DNA of 55,717 nt from a virus (taxonomy: Duplodnaviria > Caudoviricetes): the IMG/VR virus record IMGVR_UViG_3300005611_000035, positions 1-55,717 of that record; one strand, given 5' to 3'. The notes beneath the pieces were generated by a model, which saw only the letters and a program-made list of their open reading frames with translations, did no database searches and was not told where the DNA came from. A program made the translations under genes and the position numbers. Shown in pieces: positions 8,870-19,067 of this stretch. Each line of letters opens with the position of its first letter. The first letter of the stretch is position 1.

Positions 8870-10764
8870 GTAACTATTTACCGACAGATTATCAGTCTTT
8901 CATACACAAGTCTCGCTACGCAAAGTACTTCGATGGTACAGGGCGTGAGTCTTGGAGCGATACAGTAGAGCGCTACATGGACAATGTAGTACGCCCCAAA
9001 ATAGGTGACGACACATATGTCAACAGCATACGTGACGCCATTCTAAACCTTGAGGTGATGCCTTCCATGAGAGCTATGATGACTGCTGGCCCAGCACTAG
9101 AGCGTGACAATACAGCAGGATATAACTGTAGCTACTTACCCGTAGATGACCCTAAGTCCTTCGATGAGGCTATGTTCATCCTTCTCTGTGGTACTGGTGT
9201 TGGCTTCAGTGTTGAGAGGCAATACATCAGTAAGCTCCCTGAAGTCCCTACTCTCTTCCAGAGCGATACCACTATCGTTGTGAAGGACAGCAAGGAGGGA
9301 TGGGCTAAGGCGTTCAGACAACTTTTGGCACTCCTATGGGCTGGTGAGATTCCACAATGGGATGTCTCAAAGGTACGTCCTGCAGGTGCAAGACTAAAAA
9401 CGTTTGGCGGTAGAGCATCAGGCCCAGCGCCTTTGGTTGAACTGTTTAACTTTGCAGTCTCTACATTCAAGAATGCACAAGGGCGCAAGCTGTCTAGCAT
9501 AGAGTGCCATGACCTCATGTGCTTCATCGGTCAGATCGTTGTTGTAGGTGGTGTACGCCGTAGTGCTATGATCTCTCTGTCCAACCTCAGTGATGATCGT
9601 ATGCGTCACGCTAAGTCAGGACAGTGGTGGGAAACTGCAGCGCATCGTGCCTTAGCCAATAACTCTGTAGCTTACACTGAGAAGCCAGACATGGAAACGT
9701 TTATGCGTGAGTGGCTTGCCTTAGTTGAAAGTAAGTCAGGTGAAAGAGGGATATTTAATCGTGAAGCATCTAAGAAGCAAGCTGCAAAAAATGGTAGACG
9801 AGATCCAGAGTATCATTTTGGGACTAACCCGTGTTCGGAGATCATCTTGCGCGGATATCAGTTCTGCAATCTTACAGAAGTTGTGGTCAGGGCTACAGAT
9901 ACTGTCGATGATCTTGAGCGAAAAGTCCGTATGGCAACAATATTGGGAACTATACAATCCTCATACACTAAGTTCCCCTACTTGCGGAAAGTGTGGCAGA
10001 ATAATACTGAAGAGGAAAGACTGTTGGGAGTGTCACTAACAGGTATTATGGATAACCGCCTTATGACACACAAGAACCAAGGCTTAGATAAAACATTGGA
10101 GCACCTAAAGAATGTCGCCATTTCTACTAATGCTGAACTTGCTAGTCGTCTTGACATACCGCCCTCTGCTGCGATTAGCTGCGTTAAACCATCGGGCACA
10201 GTCTCGCAGTTGGTTGACTCCGCAAGTGGCATTCATGCTCGTCACTCTCCATATTATATCCGTACTGTACGGGGTGATAATAAAGACCCCTTAACTAAAT
10301 TTATGATTGATCAAGGTATCCCTAACGAACCGTGTGTGTTTAAGGGTGACACGACTACAGTGTTTAGCTTCCCTGTTAAATCACCTAATGGTGCAGTTAC
10401 ACGTAACGATATGACAGCCATTGAACAACTTGAGATGTGGCTTACCTATCAGCGACACTGGTGTGAACATAAACCCAGCGTAACAATATCAGTACGTGAC
10501 TCTGAGTGGATGGCTGTAGGAGCATTTGTGTACGAACACTTTGATGAAATGTCTGGTGTATCATTCTTGCCACACACTGATCACTCTTATCAGCAAGCAC
10601 CCTATCAAGACTGTGGTAAGTCTGACTACGAGTATCTCCTAAGTCTTATGCCAAAAAGAATTGATTGGTCTAAGCTTTCGGAGTATGAACAAGAAGATAA
10701 TACTGTAGCGATGCAGACTATGGCTTGCTCTGGTGATAGCTGTGAGATAGTAGACTTAGTATGA
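8866..10764 (+). CDS. nrdJ: Class II (B12-dependent) ribonucleotide reductase
   Basis: PSMR, YNC, GGVRRSA, TNPCSE, CNL, VKPSGT, C-terminal CSGDSC; no beta subunit gene in the window. Confidence 0.88.
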   Translation: MSNYLPTDYQSFIHKSRYAKYFDGTGRESWSDTVERYMDNVVRPKIGDDTYVNSIRDAILNLEVMPSMRAMMTAGPALERDNTAGYNCSYLPVDDPKSFDEAMFILLCGTGVGFSVERQYISKLPEVPTLFQSDTTIVVKDSKEGWAKAFRQLLALLWAGEIPQWDVSKVRPAGARLKTFGGRASGPAPLVELFNFAVSTFKNAQGRKLSSIECHDLMCFIGQIVVVGGVRRSAMISLSNLSDDRMRHAKSGQWWETAAHRALANNSVAYTEKPDMETFMREWLALVESKSGERGIFNREASKKQAAKNGRRDPEYHFGTNPCSEIILRGYQFCNLTEVVVRATDTVDDLERKVRMATILGTIQSSYTKFPYLRKVWQNNTEEERLLGVSLTGIMDNRLMTHKNQGLDKTLEHLKNVAISTNAELASRLDIPPSAAISCVKPSGTVSQLVDSASGIHARHSPYYIRTVRGDNKDPLTKFMIDQGIPNEPCVFKGDTTTVFSFPVKSPNGAVTRNDMTAIEQLEMWLTYQRHWCEHKPSVTISVRDSEWMAVGAFVYEHFDEMSGVSFLPHTDHSYQQAPYQDCGKSDYEYLLSLMPKRIDWSKLSEYEQEDNTVAMQTMACSGDSCEIVDLV

Positions 10765-10991
10765 GACAGTATATAATAATAGGTAGGGCTGACTGCATGT
10801 ATTGCAGCAAAGCAGTTGGCCTTATGAGAGATAATGGGTGTACGTTTAATTACTACTCCCTAAATGATTCCCTGTGGGTACTTGACTTGTTTAAAAAAGC
10901 AGGTATAAAAACAGTACCACAAATATGGGACATAAAAGGCAACTACATTGGTGGTTATCAAGAACTACAACAACATATAAAAGGAGAATAA
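10761..10991 (+). CDS. grx: Glutaredoxin
   Basis: CMYC active site, TVPQIW, IGGY. Confidence 0.88.
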   Translation: MRQYIIIGRADCMYCSKAVGLMRDNGCTFNYYSLNDSLWVLDLFKKAGIKTVPQIWDIKGNYIGGYQELQQHIKGE

Positions 10992-10992
10992 C

Positions 10993-11145
10993 ATGATTAT
11001 AACAATTCTAACTGGACTTACACATGTTCTTGTCGTAGGGGGTATTACATTTGGTGTGCTCACTGAAGTGGTAGAACCAACAGCGATAGCTGCCTATGAC
11101 AAAAGTACAGAGTTGTATCAAACATACGTAGTCGGTACTGAATAA
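10993..11145 (+). CDS. Small membrane protein (50 aa)
   Basis: AAGGAG RBS, hydrophobic N-terminus; not in the ORF track. Confidence 0.55.
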   Translation: MIITILTGLTHVLVVGGITFGVLTEVVEPTAIAAYDKSTELYQTYVVGTE

Positions 11146-11333
11146 TGTATGTTTTGGTAGCCATACTTTTTATGGGGCAGTCTTATAAGATAGAAACATC
11201 TCCTATCCTGCTTCCCAGTTTAGAGGAATGTAAAATAGTAAAAGACATTGTCCTTGAAGAGCTTATGGCTACCAAGCCTACACCCAGCGCATATGCTATA
11301 GCGTTTTGTGCAGCAGTACCTACGGAGGTGTAA
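11145..11333 (+). CDS. Small hypothetical protein
   Basis: TAATG coupling at both ends. Confidence 0.6.
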   Translation: MYVLVAILFMGQSYKIETSPILLPSLEECKIVKDIVLEELMATKPTPSAYAIAFCAAVPTEV

Positions 11334-11725
11334 TGCAATTAGAGTTAATAGAAACGTACTATAACATTAAACCTGGAGAATCTAAGACATGTAAAATATG
11401 CAACAAGAAAAAGCATATAGATTCCTTTGGGTCAATGAGAACTAATAAAGACAGAATAGACACTAGGTGTAAGCAGTGCGTAAATGAAGAAACAAAAATA
11501 AGAAATGCCTTAAGGAAAGAATACGCAGAAGAAAACAAAAATATCTGCCACTGCTGTGGAGGTACGCACCATAAATCTTTAGTTGTTGACCATTGTCACG
11601 ACACAAAAAACTATAGAGGCTGGCTCTGCGAACCTTGTAACTTTGCTATTGGTCATTTAGGAGACAATATAGAGGGAGTAAAAAAAGCAGTAAAGTATTT
11701 AGAGAAATATCATGAACGCACTTGA
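11333..11725 (+). CDS. Endonuclease VII-family (His-Me) nuclease, probable homing endonuclease
   Basis: CKIC..CKQC, CHCC..VDHCH..RGWLC..CN..IG. Confidence 0.85.
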   Translation: MQLELIETYYNIKPGESKTCKICNKKKHIDSFGSMRTNKDRIDTRCKQCVNEETKIRNALRKEYAEENKNICHCCGGTHHKSLVVDHCHDTKNYRGWLCEPCNFAIGHLGDNIEGVKKAVKYLEKYHERT

Positions 11726-12422
11726 ACCACCTACAAAACCATCAAGGTCACGCCGAAAAACTAACTACAAAGGGGCATCAAACAAAAGCACATCTGGCCT
11801 CGTACCTAAGACAGCCAAACAGAAAGAGTTTCTTGACCACCTGAAGTCAAACAATCAAGTGTTCGTATTAGGTCCAGCAGGTACAGGTAAGACCTACGTC
11901 ACAGCTACCTATGCAGCAGACTTGTATACCCTAAAGGAGATAGACAAGATTGTTGTTACACGCCCACACGTAGCTGTAGGTAAGGACATAGGGTTTCTAC
12001 CAGGTAGCTTAGAAGAAAAAGTTTATCCTTGGGCGCTACCTGTGCTTGACGTATTAGAGAAACACTGGGGTAAAGGTACACTAGAGACAGCTATAAAGAA
12101 TAACAATGTAGAGATGGCTCCCTTAGCTTTGATGCGTGGGCGTAGCTTTGAGAATGCATTTATCATTGTAGATGAAACACAAAATATTACTACTCATGAG
12201 CTTAAGATGTTGTTGACTCGTGTCGGTGAAGGTAGTACAATAGTACTCAATGGTGATGTACAGCAGTCAGACTTAAAGGAAGCAGACGGTCTGTCTAAAG
12301 TAATTCACTTGGCAAAGAAATATATGTTACCAGTACCTGTTGTGGAGTTTGATGTGGATGACATTATACGTAGCGACATCTGTGCACAATGGGTAAAGGT
12401 ATTCATGAAGGAAGGCATATGA
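11712..12422 (+). CDS. phoH: PhoH-like ATPase
   Basis: GPAGTGKT, TRP, GFLPG, MRGRSF, DETQN, GDVQQSD. Confidence 0.95.
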   Translation: MNALEPPTKPSRSRRKTNYKGASNKSTSGLVPKTAKQKEFLDHLKSNNQVFVLGPAGTGKTYVTATYAADLYTLKEIDKIVVTRPHVAVGKDIGFLPGSLEEKVYPWALPVLDVLEKHWGKGTLETAIKNNNVEMAPLALMRGRSFENAFIIVDETQNITTHELKMLLTRVGEGSTIVLNGDVQQSDLKEADGLSKVIHLAKKYMLPVPVVEFDVDDIIRSDICAQWVKVFMKEGI

Positions 12423-12625
12423 AGCTAGAGAAAGAAGCAGAAACGTTTATCTCTGGGAGACAAAGACAGTTTAGGGAGGGACTACAAGAAGGCATATCAA
12501 ACATAGAGCAGTACCTTGTTGACAATCTGCATAACACAGATGAAAAGAGAGAAGCACTGAAGAACTTAATAGAGGTGCAGATGTGGGCAGAGCGTAGCAT
12601 AAGAAACCACGGTATAAAAAAGTAA
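12419..12625 (+). CDS. Hypothetical protein, last gene of the plus arm
   Basis: ATGA overlap with the phoH stop. Confidence 0.65.
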   Translation: MKLEKEAETFISGRQRQFREGLQEGISNIEQYLVDNLHNTDEKREALKNLIEVQMWAERSIRNHGIKK

Positions 12626-12655
12626 AAAGAAAGGCCGCTTAGTGCGGCCTCTTCT
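12624..12655. terminator. Intrinsic terminator between the converging arms
   Basis: AGGCCGC-TTAGT-GCGGCCT hairpin with a T-tract on the minus strand and CTTCT on the plus strand. Confidence 0.8.
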
Positions 12656-12666
12656 GTGTGTATCTT

Positions 12667-15600
12667 TTAGTCTGCTTCAGTTTGCTTACGTCTTACTTTC
12701 TTCTCAAGCTTACCTGCATTGATGTACCAAAGAAGCAGCACTGACCGACGAGTATCTTTCTCGGCTTCATCGTATTGATCTGATGCATTAATCTCGGCTA
12801 TAGCTTCTTTGATAGTCTTACCTTCATAGCCGTAGCGTCCTGCAAGATCACCCCATGCTGCTTCAGCATCAGCTTTCTCACGTGGACCCATAGCAACAAA
12901 CTCACCTCGTATATACGCATTGAAGTCTGAACGATACTCTTCATTCTTAGCAGAGAAGTCTTCCAATATAGTACGTGCTATCTCACGTTTAGCATTAATG
13001 ACATTTTTAATCTTGTCTTCTAGCTGCAGCTTCTGGCGGCTGACATCAGAGCTATTGTAGATAGGATCATTCTCAATGAAAGCTTCTACTTCATCAGCTA
13101 AAGAACCTTGTGCAATCTGTTGAGTAAACAATTCTAGTGCACTATTCTTTTCACGATAAGGGTTATAAATAGAGAACGGATCAATGTTAAGTTTAGCCAT
13201 CTCCATCTTTAACTTATTAGGTGGAGGACTCTTCGTGAAACCTGTGATCTGCTTTAGCAAGGGGTCTAGCTGACGGATAGGACCATCACCAAACACATCG
13301 TGACGCACAGCATCATAACCTGTATCTTGGTTATCAGGGTCCATCATCTGAAAGTGTGTACGAGTAGAGCTACCCATCCACTTCATTAAGCCTTCTAGTT
13401 GCGACTCACCCATGTCAATGCCAGTAGCTTCTTTAAGTGTAGCTGACATTTCATTGAGATTAAAGTCTGCTATGTTTTTAGCAAACCTACTGTACAGATA
13501 CAGGTTAGGGCTACGTGGTCCTCCAATATCAGCTAAGGATACTGTAGCATCTAATGTCTGTGGGATGTAAGACGCACGAGGATCGTACTGACCATAGAAA
13601 TCTTTCACTGCAGCAGCAGGATAGGTAAACGTACTGAAGTAATCTCCTATCACTTTAGCTACAGGTTGCATATCAATATCTGTTTCACCATCTGCAATAG
13701 CTTTAGCAATGTTGTACATTGTACCTGTTACTTCGTCTATGGCGGTGCTACTTGGACGAAACTCTGAGCCAAGAATAAGGTTCATCATATTACGACTAAA
13801 TCTATCTTGATCATCTAGTAAATCATTAGGAAGACCCATAGATATACGGGCTGCAATATTAGCAGCATAATGTATAGGTGCCGCTGGACCCATAGCAGCT
13901 TGAGCATTAGTAACTTCACCTGAAGTCATTCTATCTTCGAACCAGTTTAGTCCCTGCTCTATGTTATCCTTTTGATACATGTAAGCTGAAGCAAATATAG
14001 CCCCGCCCGTAAGCTGCTTAGCCCACTCTTCATCTGTAAGTTTACCACCTTTATAGGCAATGTTGAGAACAGAGTAATCCTTAATAAACTTAGCCTGTGA
14101 TGCAAGGTAACGAGGGAAGGGTATAATAGTTGTAGCACCTGAACGATGGATAAACCCGATAGTCTTATTAACAAACTTACTTGTTTCACTTGCGCCCTTA
14201 CCACCAAACCTACGTTGGAAAGTAAAACCCAAGCTATCATCTAGTGCTTTTGTAATAATACTGTCAGGGATCTCACCCATTCTCCCTTCAGATAATACAT
14301 GCATTAGATTTAAACCTATGAAGTCGGGCTTAGTCTGTTGTATTCTTTGTAGGTCTTTACCAAGAGGGCTTTTCATAAATTCTACGTAGCCCTTATCTTT
14401 TAAAGCTTTAGAATAAGTGTTATAAATATCAGGGTTAAACCCTAATTCAGACAGTTGTTTCTGTGCTAATTGTTTTATTTCACGATCAATAGTACCTGCA
14501 ACTACAGCCTTCTTAAATATGTGGTCTGACATAGTGTTAAACGTGTTAACAAACGTACCTAGTTTAGCCAGCTTAGTATCCCCTACTACACCTGCTTCAG
14601 CTTGCGCCGCTTCACGAAAAACTTTCTGCATTAAATCAGGCGCATCTTGACGAAGCAATTCTACTGCTGCATCAGCTACATACTGATCCTTTAATAAGTA
14701 ACGTGCAATATCTGTTGTGCCATCCAATGTAGCAGCCGCACTTTCTCTACCTGTAACAGAACGAATCATCCAAGTGTTGAACTGATCCATAACATCTATG
14801 CCTGTCATAGCAACACCAAAGATGTTGTTACGCATGGTTGTTGCTGGTTGTGATGTCATAAAAGCACGACGAGCATCCTCAACATTACGTAAGTTACGCA
14901 CCATACGTTTACCTATAGTAAGCTGTAACTGTGCATCGCTTAACTCTTTAGCTTCTTGTCCAGAGACAGCAGACATACCTTCGTCATACAGTGTGTCTAG
15001 CTTCTGTTGAAACTTACCTGCTGCTTCAATGGCTTCTTTGCCTGTCAAAGCTTTACCTGCTGCAGTCTTAAACTGCTTCTGTTGTACAAGAATACGTGCA
15101 GCCTCTGATACTTCTGCAGCGTACACAGCAGCTAGTTGCCTACGTGTTAAGCCGTACTTTTCTGCTGTTGTATCAAAGAGTGTTACGCCATCGCCCTCAT
15201 CAATGCGGCGAGCTAGATACTCTGTGATGCGTTGGCCTTTCTCAGGCTTAACCCCTAGCTTTCGTGCTAAGTCTGTGGAAGCAGCACTAAGACGTAGTAC
15301 AGTACCACGATCTAGTCCACCAATAAGTCCGTCAGGTAGGTTTTCACTTAGGATGTCTACCTTAGCTTCCATACCTTCTTCGACAAGCTTAGGATCAATA
15401 GACGCTAAGAGTTTATCTTTACTAAAGCGGATGTATTTACGTCCTTCTGCAGTTTCGTTAAGCTTTTTAAGATCCTCAATAGCACGATTAGTTGTCTCCT
15501 GCATACGCTGCGCTTTAACTTGATCCCCTCTTTTTACAACCTCAACCATACGTTCAGCACCTTTGTATTGCTGACGTGTAGGAATAGCATAAGCTATACC

Positions 15601-16260
15601 ACCAGCTACACCACCTATAGTACCAGCCAATGCAATATTAGCACCGCTTACATCATACTCTTCGCCAATAGTTTCACCCGCTTCCTTCTTGATAAGCTCT
15701 TGCCCTAGCTGTGAAGCTGCAGCGACACTGCCTTCAAAGCCTACATCTAATAGACCTCTCTTCATGTAGTGCTTAGCTAGTTTCTTTAAGCCTTGCTTTG
15801 TGCCTTCTTTACCTGCTTGAACAGCGGCTGAACCTGCGCCGCCTGTTAAGGGAAGTGCAGCAGCAGATAAGTATGTAGTAGGAGCAGTAAGAAAACCTTC
15901 AGCGTAATCACGTACACCTGCAAAACCACCGTCTAATATACCCTCACCTTTAGCATTATCAAAGGCGTACATTAAACGAGCATAAGATTGTTTCTCTTTC
16001 TCTTGTGTATTATCATCCTTGATATAGTAAAAGTCTTTGGACATACTTACTTCGTTTACATTGGCTATACGAAAATGCTCTAGCACCTCATACACTACAT
16101 CATCAGCAGTCATCTGCTTTAGCTCATCGTCCTTCCAACCCTTGCGTCTGCTCTTAAGGAAAGTTACAGCATCGTTTAAAAAACCTTTATTATACTTTAG
16201 GTCAGATACTTTCTTTCCCTTCATGTTTTCTTCTGTGTAATATGTGTAAGGATCTGACAT
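12667..16260 (-). CDS. Large internal virion (ejection) protein
   Basis: 1197 aa, Ala-rich and helical, at the end of the structural arm as in other podoviruses. Confidence 0.6.
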   Translation of the reverse strand: MSDPYTYYTEENMKGKKVSDLKYNKGFLNDAVTFLKSRRKGWKDDELKQMTADDVVYEVLEHFRIANVNEVSMSKDFYYIKDDNTQEKEKQSYARLMYAFDNAKGEGILDGGFAGVRDYAEGFLTAPTTYLSAAALPLTGGAGSAAVQAGKEGTKQGLKKLAKHYMKRGLLDVGFEGSVAAASQLGQELIKKEAGETIGEEYDVSGANIALAGTIGGVAGGIAYAIPTRQQYKGAERMVEVVKRGDQVKAQRMQETTNRAIEDLKKLNETAEGRKYIRFSKDKLLASIDPKLVEEGMEAKVDILSENLPDGLIGGLDRGTVLRLSAASTDLARKLGVKPEKGQRITEYLARRIDEGDGVTLFDTTAEKYGLTRRQLAAVYAAEVSEAARILVQQKQFKTAAGKALTGKEAIEAAGKFQQKLDTLYDEGMSAVSGQEAKELSDAQLQLTIGKRMVRNLRNVEDARRAFMTSQPATTMRNNIFGVAMTGIDVMDQFNTWMIRSVTGRESAAATLDGTTDIARYLLKDQYVADAAVELLRQDAPDLMQKVFREAAQAEAGVVGDTKLAKLGTFVNTFNTMSDHIFKKAVVAGTIDREIKQLAQKQLSELGFNPDIYNTYSKALKDKGYVEFMKSPLGKDLQRIQQTKPDFIGLNLMHVLSEGRMGEIPDSIITKALDDSLGFTFQRRFGGKGASETSKFVNKTIGFIHRSGATTIIPFPRYLASQAKFIKDYSVLNIAYKGGKLTDEEWAKQLTGGAIFASAYMYQKDNIEQGLNWFEDRMTSGEVTNAQAAMGPAAPIHYAANIAARISMGLPNDLLDDQDRFSRNMMNLILGSEFRPSSTAIDEVTGTMYNIAKAIADGETDIDMQPVAKVIGDYFSTFTYPAAAVKDFYGQYDPRASYIPQTLDATVSLADIGGPRSPNLYLYSRFAKNIADFNLNEMSATLKEATGIDMGESQLEGLMKWMGSSTRTHFQMMDPDNQDTGYDAVRHDVFGDGPIRQLDPLLKQITGFTKSPPPNKLKMEMAKLNIDPFSIYNPYREKNSALELFTQQIAQGSLADEVEAFIENDPIYNSSDVSRQKLQLEDKIKNVINAKREIARTILEDFSAKNEEYRSDFNAYIRGEFVAMGPREKADAEAAWGDLAGRYGYEGKTIKEAIAEINASDQYDEAEKDTRRSVLLLWYINAGKLEKKVRRKQTEAD

Positions 16261-18053
16261 TAATATACCCCATTATACTCACGATGAATCATATTAATAA
16301 CAACCTCATTTAAGGGTAAGTTATTTTGTTTCATGAAGTCTATAATGATTTGCTTTCCATCCTCTCCTTCTAATACAGACATGTCAGAAAACTCTTCTTT
16401 CATAGCATATATGATATTTACAGCAGCTTTTGCTAAAGGCGCATTGTTTTCTTTTTTAGTTCTATCTATCTTAGTTTCTTCTGTAATATCACCTACGTCT
16501 ATTTGATTTGGTCCTCCCTTAAAGTATTGCTGGGGATTCAAAACACCAAACACAGCCCATCCATCTATAGGACGTTCAGGTAGTCCAGCTTCACGGCGTT
16601 CTTTTCTGCTCATAGCTTTGTATTCGGCGTAAGTTATTTTAGAAGCTGCCTCTCTAACACTACTAGGCACTTCGTTTTCTTTAGCTTCTACTGCTTCTTG
16701 CTTATCTCTATACTCTTGTGCACTTCTGCGTTGCTCTACTGGTGAGGGGAATCCTAAGCTAGGAGGTCCAGCTATTTCAATTTCTCCTATATCAGTACTT
16801 GTAACTGTAGGTTGTTTTACTTCTTCTTCTACTTCTTCTACTTCATCAGGTGTCTGGCTTAAGATAGTCGATACAATATCTTCTTCATCTACAACCACCT
16901 GAGCTTCTTCATTTACAGCTACTGGCTCTGCTCCTACTGACTCTAGCTTTGTTTCTACTGACTCTGGCTTTGTTTCTACTGACTCTGGTTTAGTACCTGT
17001 TAAGATATACTCAATATAATCATCTGTAAGTTTACCATTATTCTTCTTAAGAGACTCTAAGATAAGTTCTGTTGCTAGACCGTTTTCTATACCAGCTAAT
17101 AGATTGTCCATCTCAGCAGATGTGTTAACCTCTTTAGACAGACGTAATAGAGCTTGGTCACGTGTAAGCTGACTGTTTACACCACTTTGTGATAGAGCTA
17201 GTTCTAGGTCAGCAATAGCTATACCACCTTTACGTAACTTACTACCTAATTCTGTTTCGTCTTTAGCATTTGCCCTGTCTAGTGCCTCTTCCATATTTGT
17301 CGCATTAGCTAGATCATCCGTGCCAGCAAAGGTACGTGTAAAGGTACGTTCATACGTATTAGCTGTAGTCATATAGTCAGACTCTTTGTAATCTGTTGTT
17401 TCTATATCAAAACCTTTAACACGTTTAACACTAGGTAAAGGCTCATAACGTCCACCTGTAGCAGCCTCATAAGCTAGTACATCTTGTACTGGAATACCCA
17501 TGTAGCTCATAGCTTTCATGTGATCTTCAACAGAAGAGCGAGGGTCTAACATGAGGGTGTCCTTTAAAGCCCGACCCCATGACATACTCTTGTGTCCTTC
17601 TGACTTATTCTCTGGATCAGCACTAACATTACGTGCGTAACCTAGATAGATGTTCTCAAGAGCTTGTTCTGCTGTCATGCCCTCTGGTAAAGTTATACCT
17701 TTAGGTATGTCTAGTGATCCTAAAAATTGAGACTTATCTAACTTAGCCCCTTCAGGCAGATTCTCTTGTGCTTTCTGAATAGCGCCATACACTTGGGTAA
17801 CATCGTAGTTCTGAGCAATAGCCAGAAACTCTTCATCTGTAACACCAAACTCAGCTTTCATCTCTTGCCTAATAAGATCAGCATTCTTAGCTTCTGCCAT
17901 AGACTGTGCCATCTTAGGAGCATTTCTACGCACAGTATCCATCTGGCTATCTACTAATTCATCAAAACGTTTTTGACGTTCCTTTATACCCTCTGCAAAA
18001 CTTGTGGCAAATCCTTGAATTAAACCTGCCTGAAAAGCACCCTTAATAGCCAT
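16260..18053 (-). CDS. Probable internal virion protein
   Basis: 597 aa, adjacent to the large ejection protein. Confidence 0.55.
   Translation of the reverse strand: MAIKGAFQAGLIQGFATSFAEGIKERQKRFDELVDSQMDTVRRNAPKMAQSMAEAKNADLIRQEMKAEFGVTDEEFLAIAQNYDVTQVYGAIQKAQENLPEGAKLDKSQFLGSLDIPKGITLPEGMTAEQALENIYLGYARNVSADPENKSEGHKSMSWGRALKDTLMLDPRSSVEDHMKAMSYMGIPVQDVLAYEAATGGRYEPLPSVKRVKGFDIETTDYKESDYMTTANTYERTFTRTFAGTDDLANATNMEEALDRANAKDETELGSKLRKGGIAIADLELALSQSGVNSQLTRDQALLRLSKEVNTSAEMDNLLAGIENGLATELILESLKKNNGKLTDDYIEYILTGTKPESVETKPESVETKLESVGAEPVAVNEEAQVVVDEEDIVSTILSQTPDEVEEVEEEVKQPTVTSTDIGEIEIAGPPSLGFPSPVEQRRSAQEYRDKQEAVEAKENEVPSSVREAASKITYAEYKAMSRKERREAGLPERPIDGWAVFGVLNPQQYFKGGPNQIDVGDITEETKIDRTKKENNAPLAKAAVNIIYAMKEEFSDMSVLEGEDGKQIIIDFMKQNNLPLNEVVINMIHREYNGVY
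16934..16994. repeat. 21-bp in-frame tandem repeat x3 (TKPESVE)
   Basis: CTACTGACTCTRGCTTTGTTT repeated. Confidence 0.85.
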
Positions 18054-18054
18054 C

Positions 18055-18612
18055 TTACATTTGCTCCTTCGACATCAGACCTCTAGGCGCTTGTTCAGCT
18101 TCCATAGGCATCTCTTCTTGTTCTTGTTGTGGTTCTTCTAAATCCTGCTGAGTCTTCTGCATTATCTGTTCACCCTGATCAGGTGTGCCTACTACAGCGC
18201 CTGTCTTCATAGCTAACTTGGCAGCAAGCTTAGTGATACGTTTTTGTTTAGCTTCAGCATCTTTATCACGATATTCTTCCATCGTCATCTTGTATTCTAT
18301 GTTTAGTGCTTCCGCTAAAGTTTTAATCTGTAACATAAGCAAGGGCTTAAGAATAAGCTTTACATCTACCGTGTGCATACCATTCATAACGCCCATGCTT
18401 AACATAGTACCTGCAACAACAGATATAGGAACACCTATGTCTATCATATCCATAACATCATCTATTACTTCTTCTTCTGCTAGCTGTTCCATGTACATCT
18501 CAAATGCATCTAATGGATCAGGGAACTTAGAAGGTTTTTCCCAAGGAGCATTTCCTGGTTCTGCTGTTAAAGATTGACCTGGGATGGGTCCGTCAAAAGG
18601 AGATAGTGACAT
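18055..18612 (-). CDS. Hypothetical virion-associated protein
   Basis: PIPGQSLT..PWE.P N-terminus; lies in the structural operon. Confidence 0.6.
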   Translation of the reverse strand: MSLSPFDGPIPGQSLTAEPGNAPWEKPSKFPDPLDAFEMYMEQLAEEEVIDDVMDMIDIGVPISVVAGTMLSMGVMNGMHTVDVKLILKPLLMLQIKTLAEALNIEYKMTMEEYRDKDAEAKQKRITKLAAKLAMKTGAVVGTPDQGEQIMQKTQQDLEEPQQEQEEMPMEAEQAPRGLMSKEQM

Positions 18613-18623
18613 TTTGTTATACC

Positions 18624-19067
18624 TTATTTAGTGAAACCAGCGCCAAAATAGAGTCCTACAATAGCTGATACAATATGTGTGTCGAGTGGAGTTATTACAA
18701 AGCCCTGTGCCATCTTCCATTGTACTGACTCTGCTGGGCCGAACAGCCAGTTAAGCAAACCACCTGTAGCTTCTGTGTAGCCTACGAATACTGTAACTTC
18801 AGGATACCACACTGCGACTAGCTTTGGCAAGACAATAATAGAGAATACTGCAGATAAAGCTATGAGCCTACGTGTCCAAGCAAAGTGCTTATCTGTCTTA
18901 CCTGCGTCACGTGCATCAGCTACAGCACTCCTGTTAAACTCAGCACGTTGCATAAGCATCTCTTGCTGAGCTTGCTTAGCTTTTATGCTTTGCCCCCAGA
19001 TAGACATAACGCCACCCAGTATGGTGGAGAACAGCATGGTTATGAGTTCAAGAGGTAAGCCGAACAT
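18624..19067 (-). CDS. Membrane protein, putative holin
   Basis: 2-3 hydrophobic segments, C-terminal AIVGLYFG, next to the lysin. Confidence 0.55.
   Translation of the reverse strand: MFGLPLELITMLFSTILGGVMSIWGQSIKAKQAQQEMLMQRAEFNRSAVADARDAGKTDKHFAWTRRLIALSAVFSIIVLPKLVAVWYPEVTVFVGYTEATGGLLNWLFGPAESVQWKMAQGFVITPLDTHIVSAIVGLYFGAGFTK

Noticed and set aside
8866-10764. Intein or intron in RNR, PolA or TerL
   Set aside because: The ORFs are continuous and of normal length, with no C...HN splice motifs
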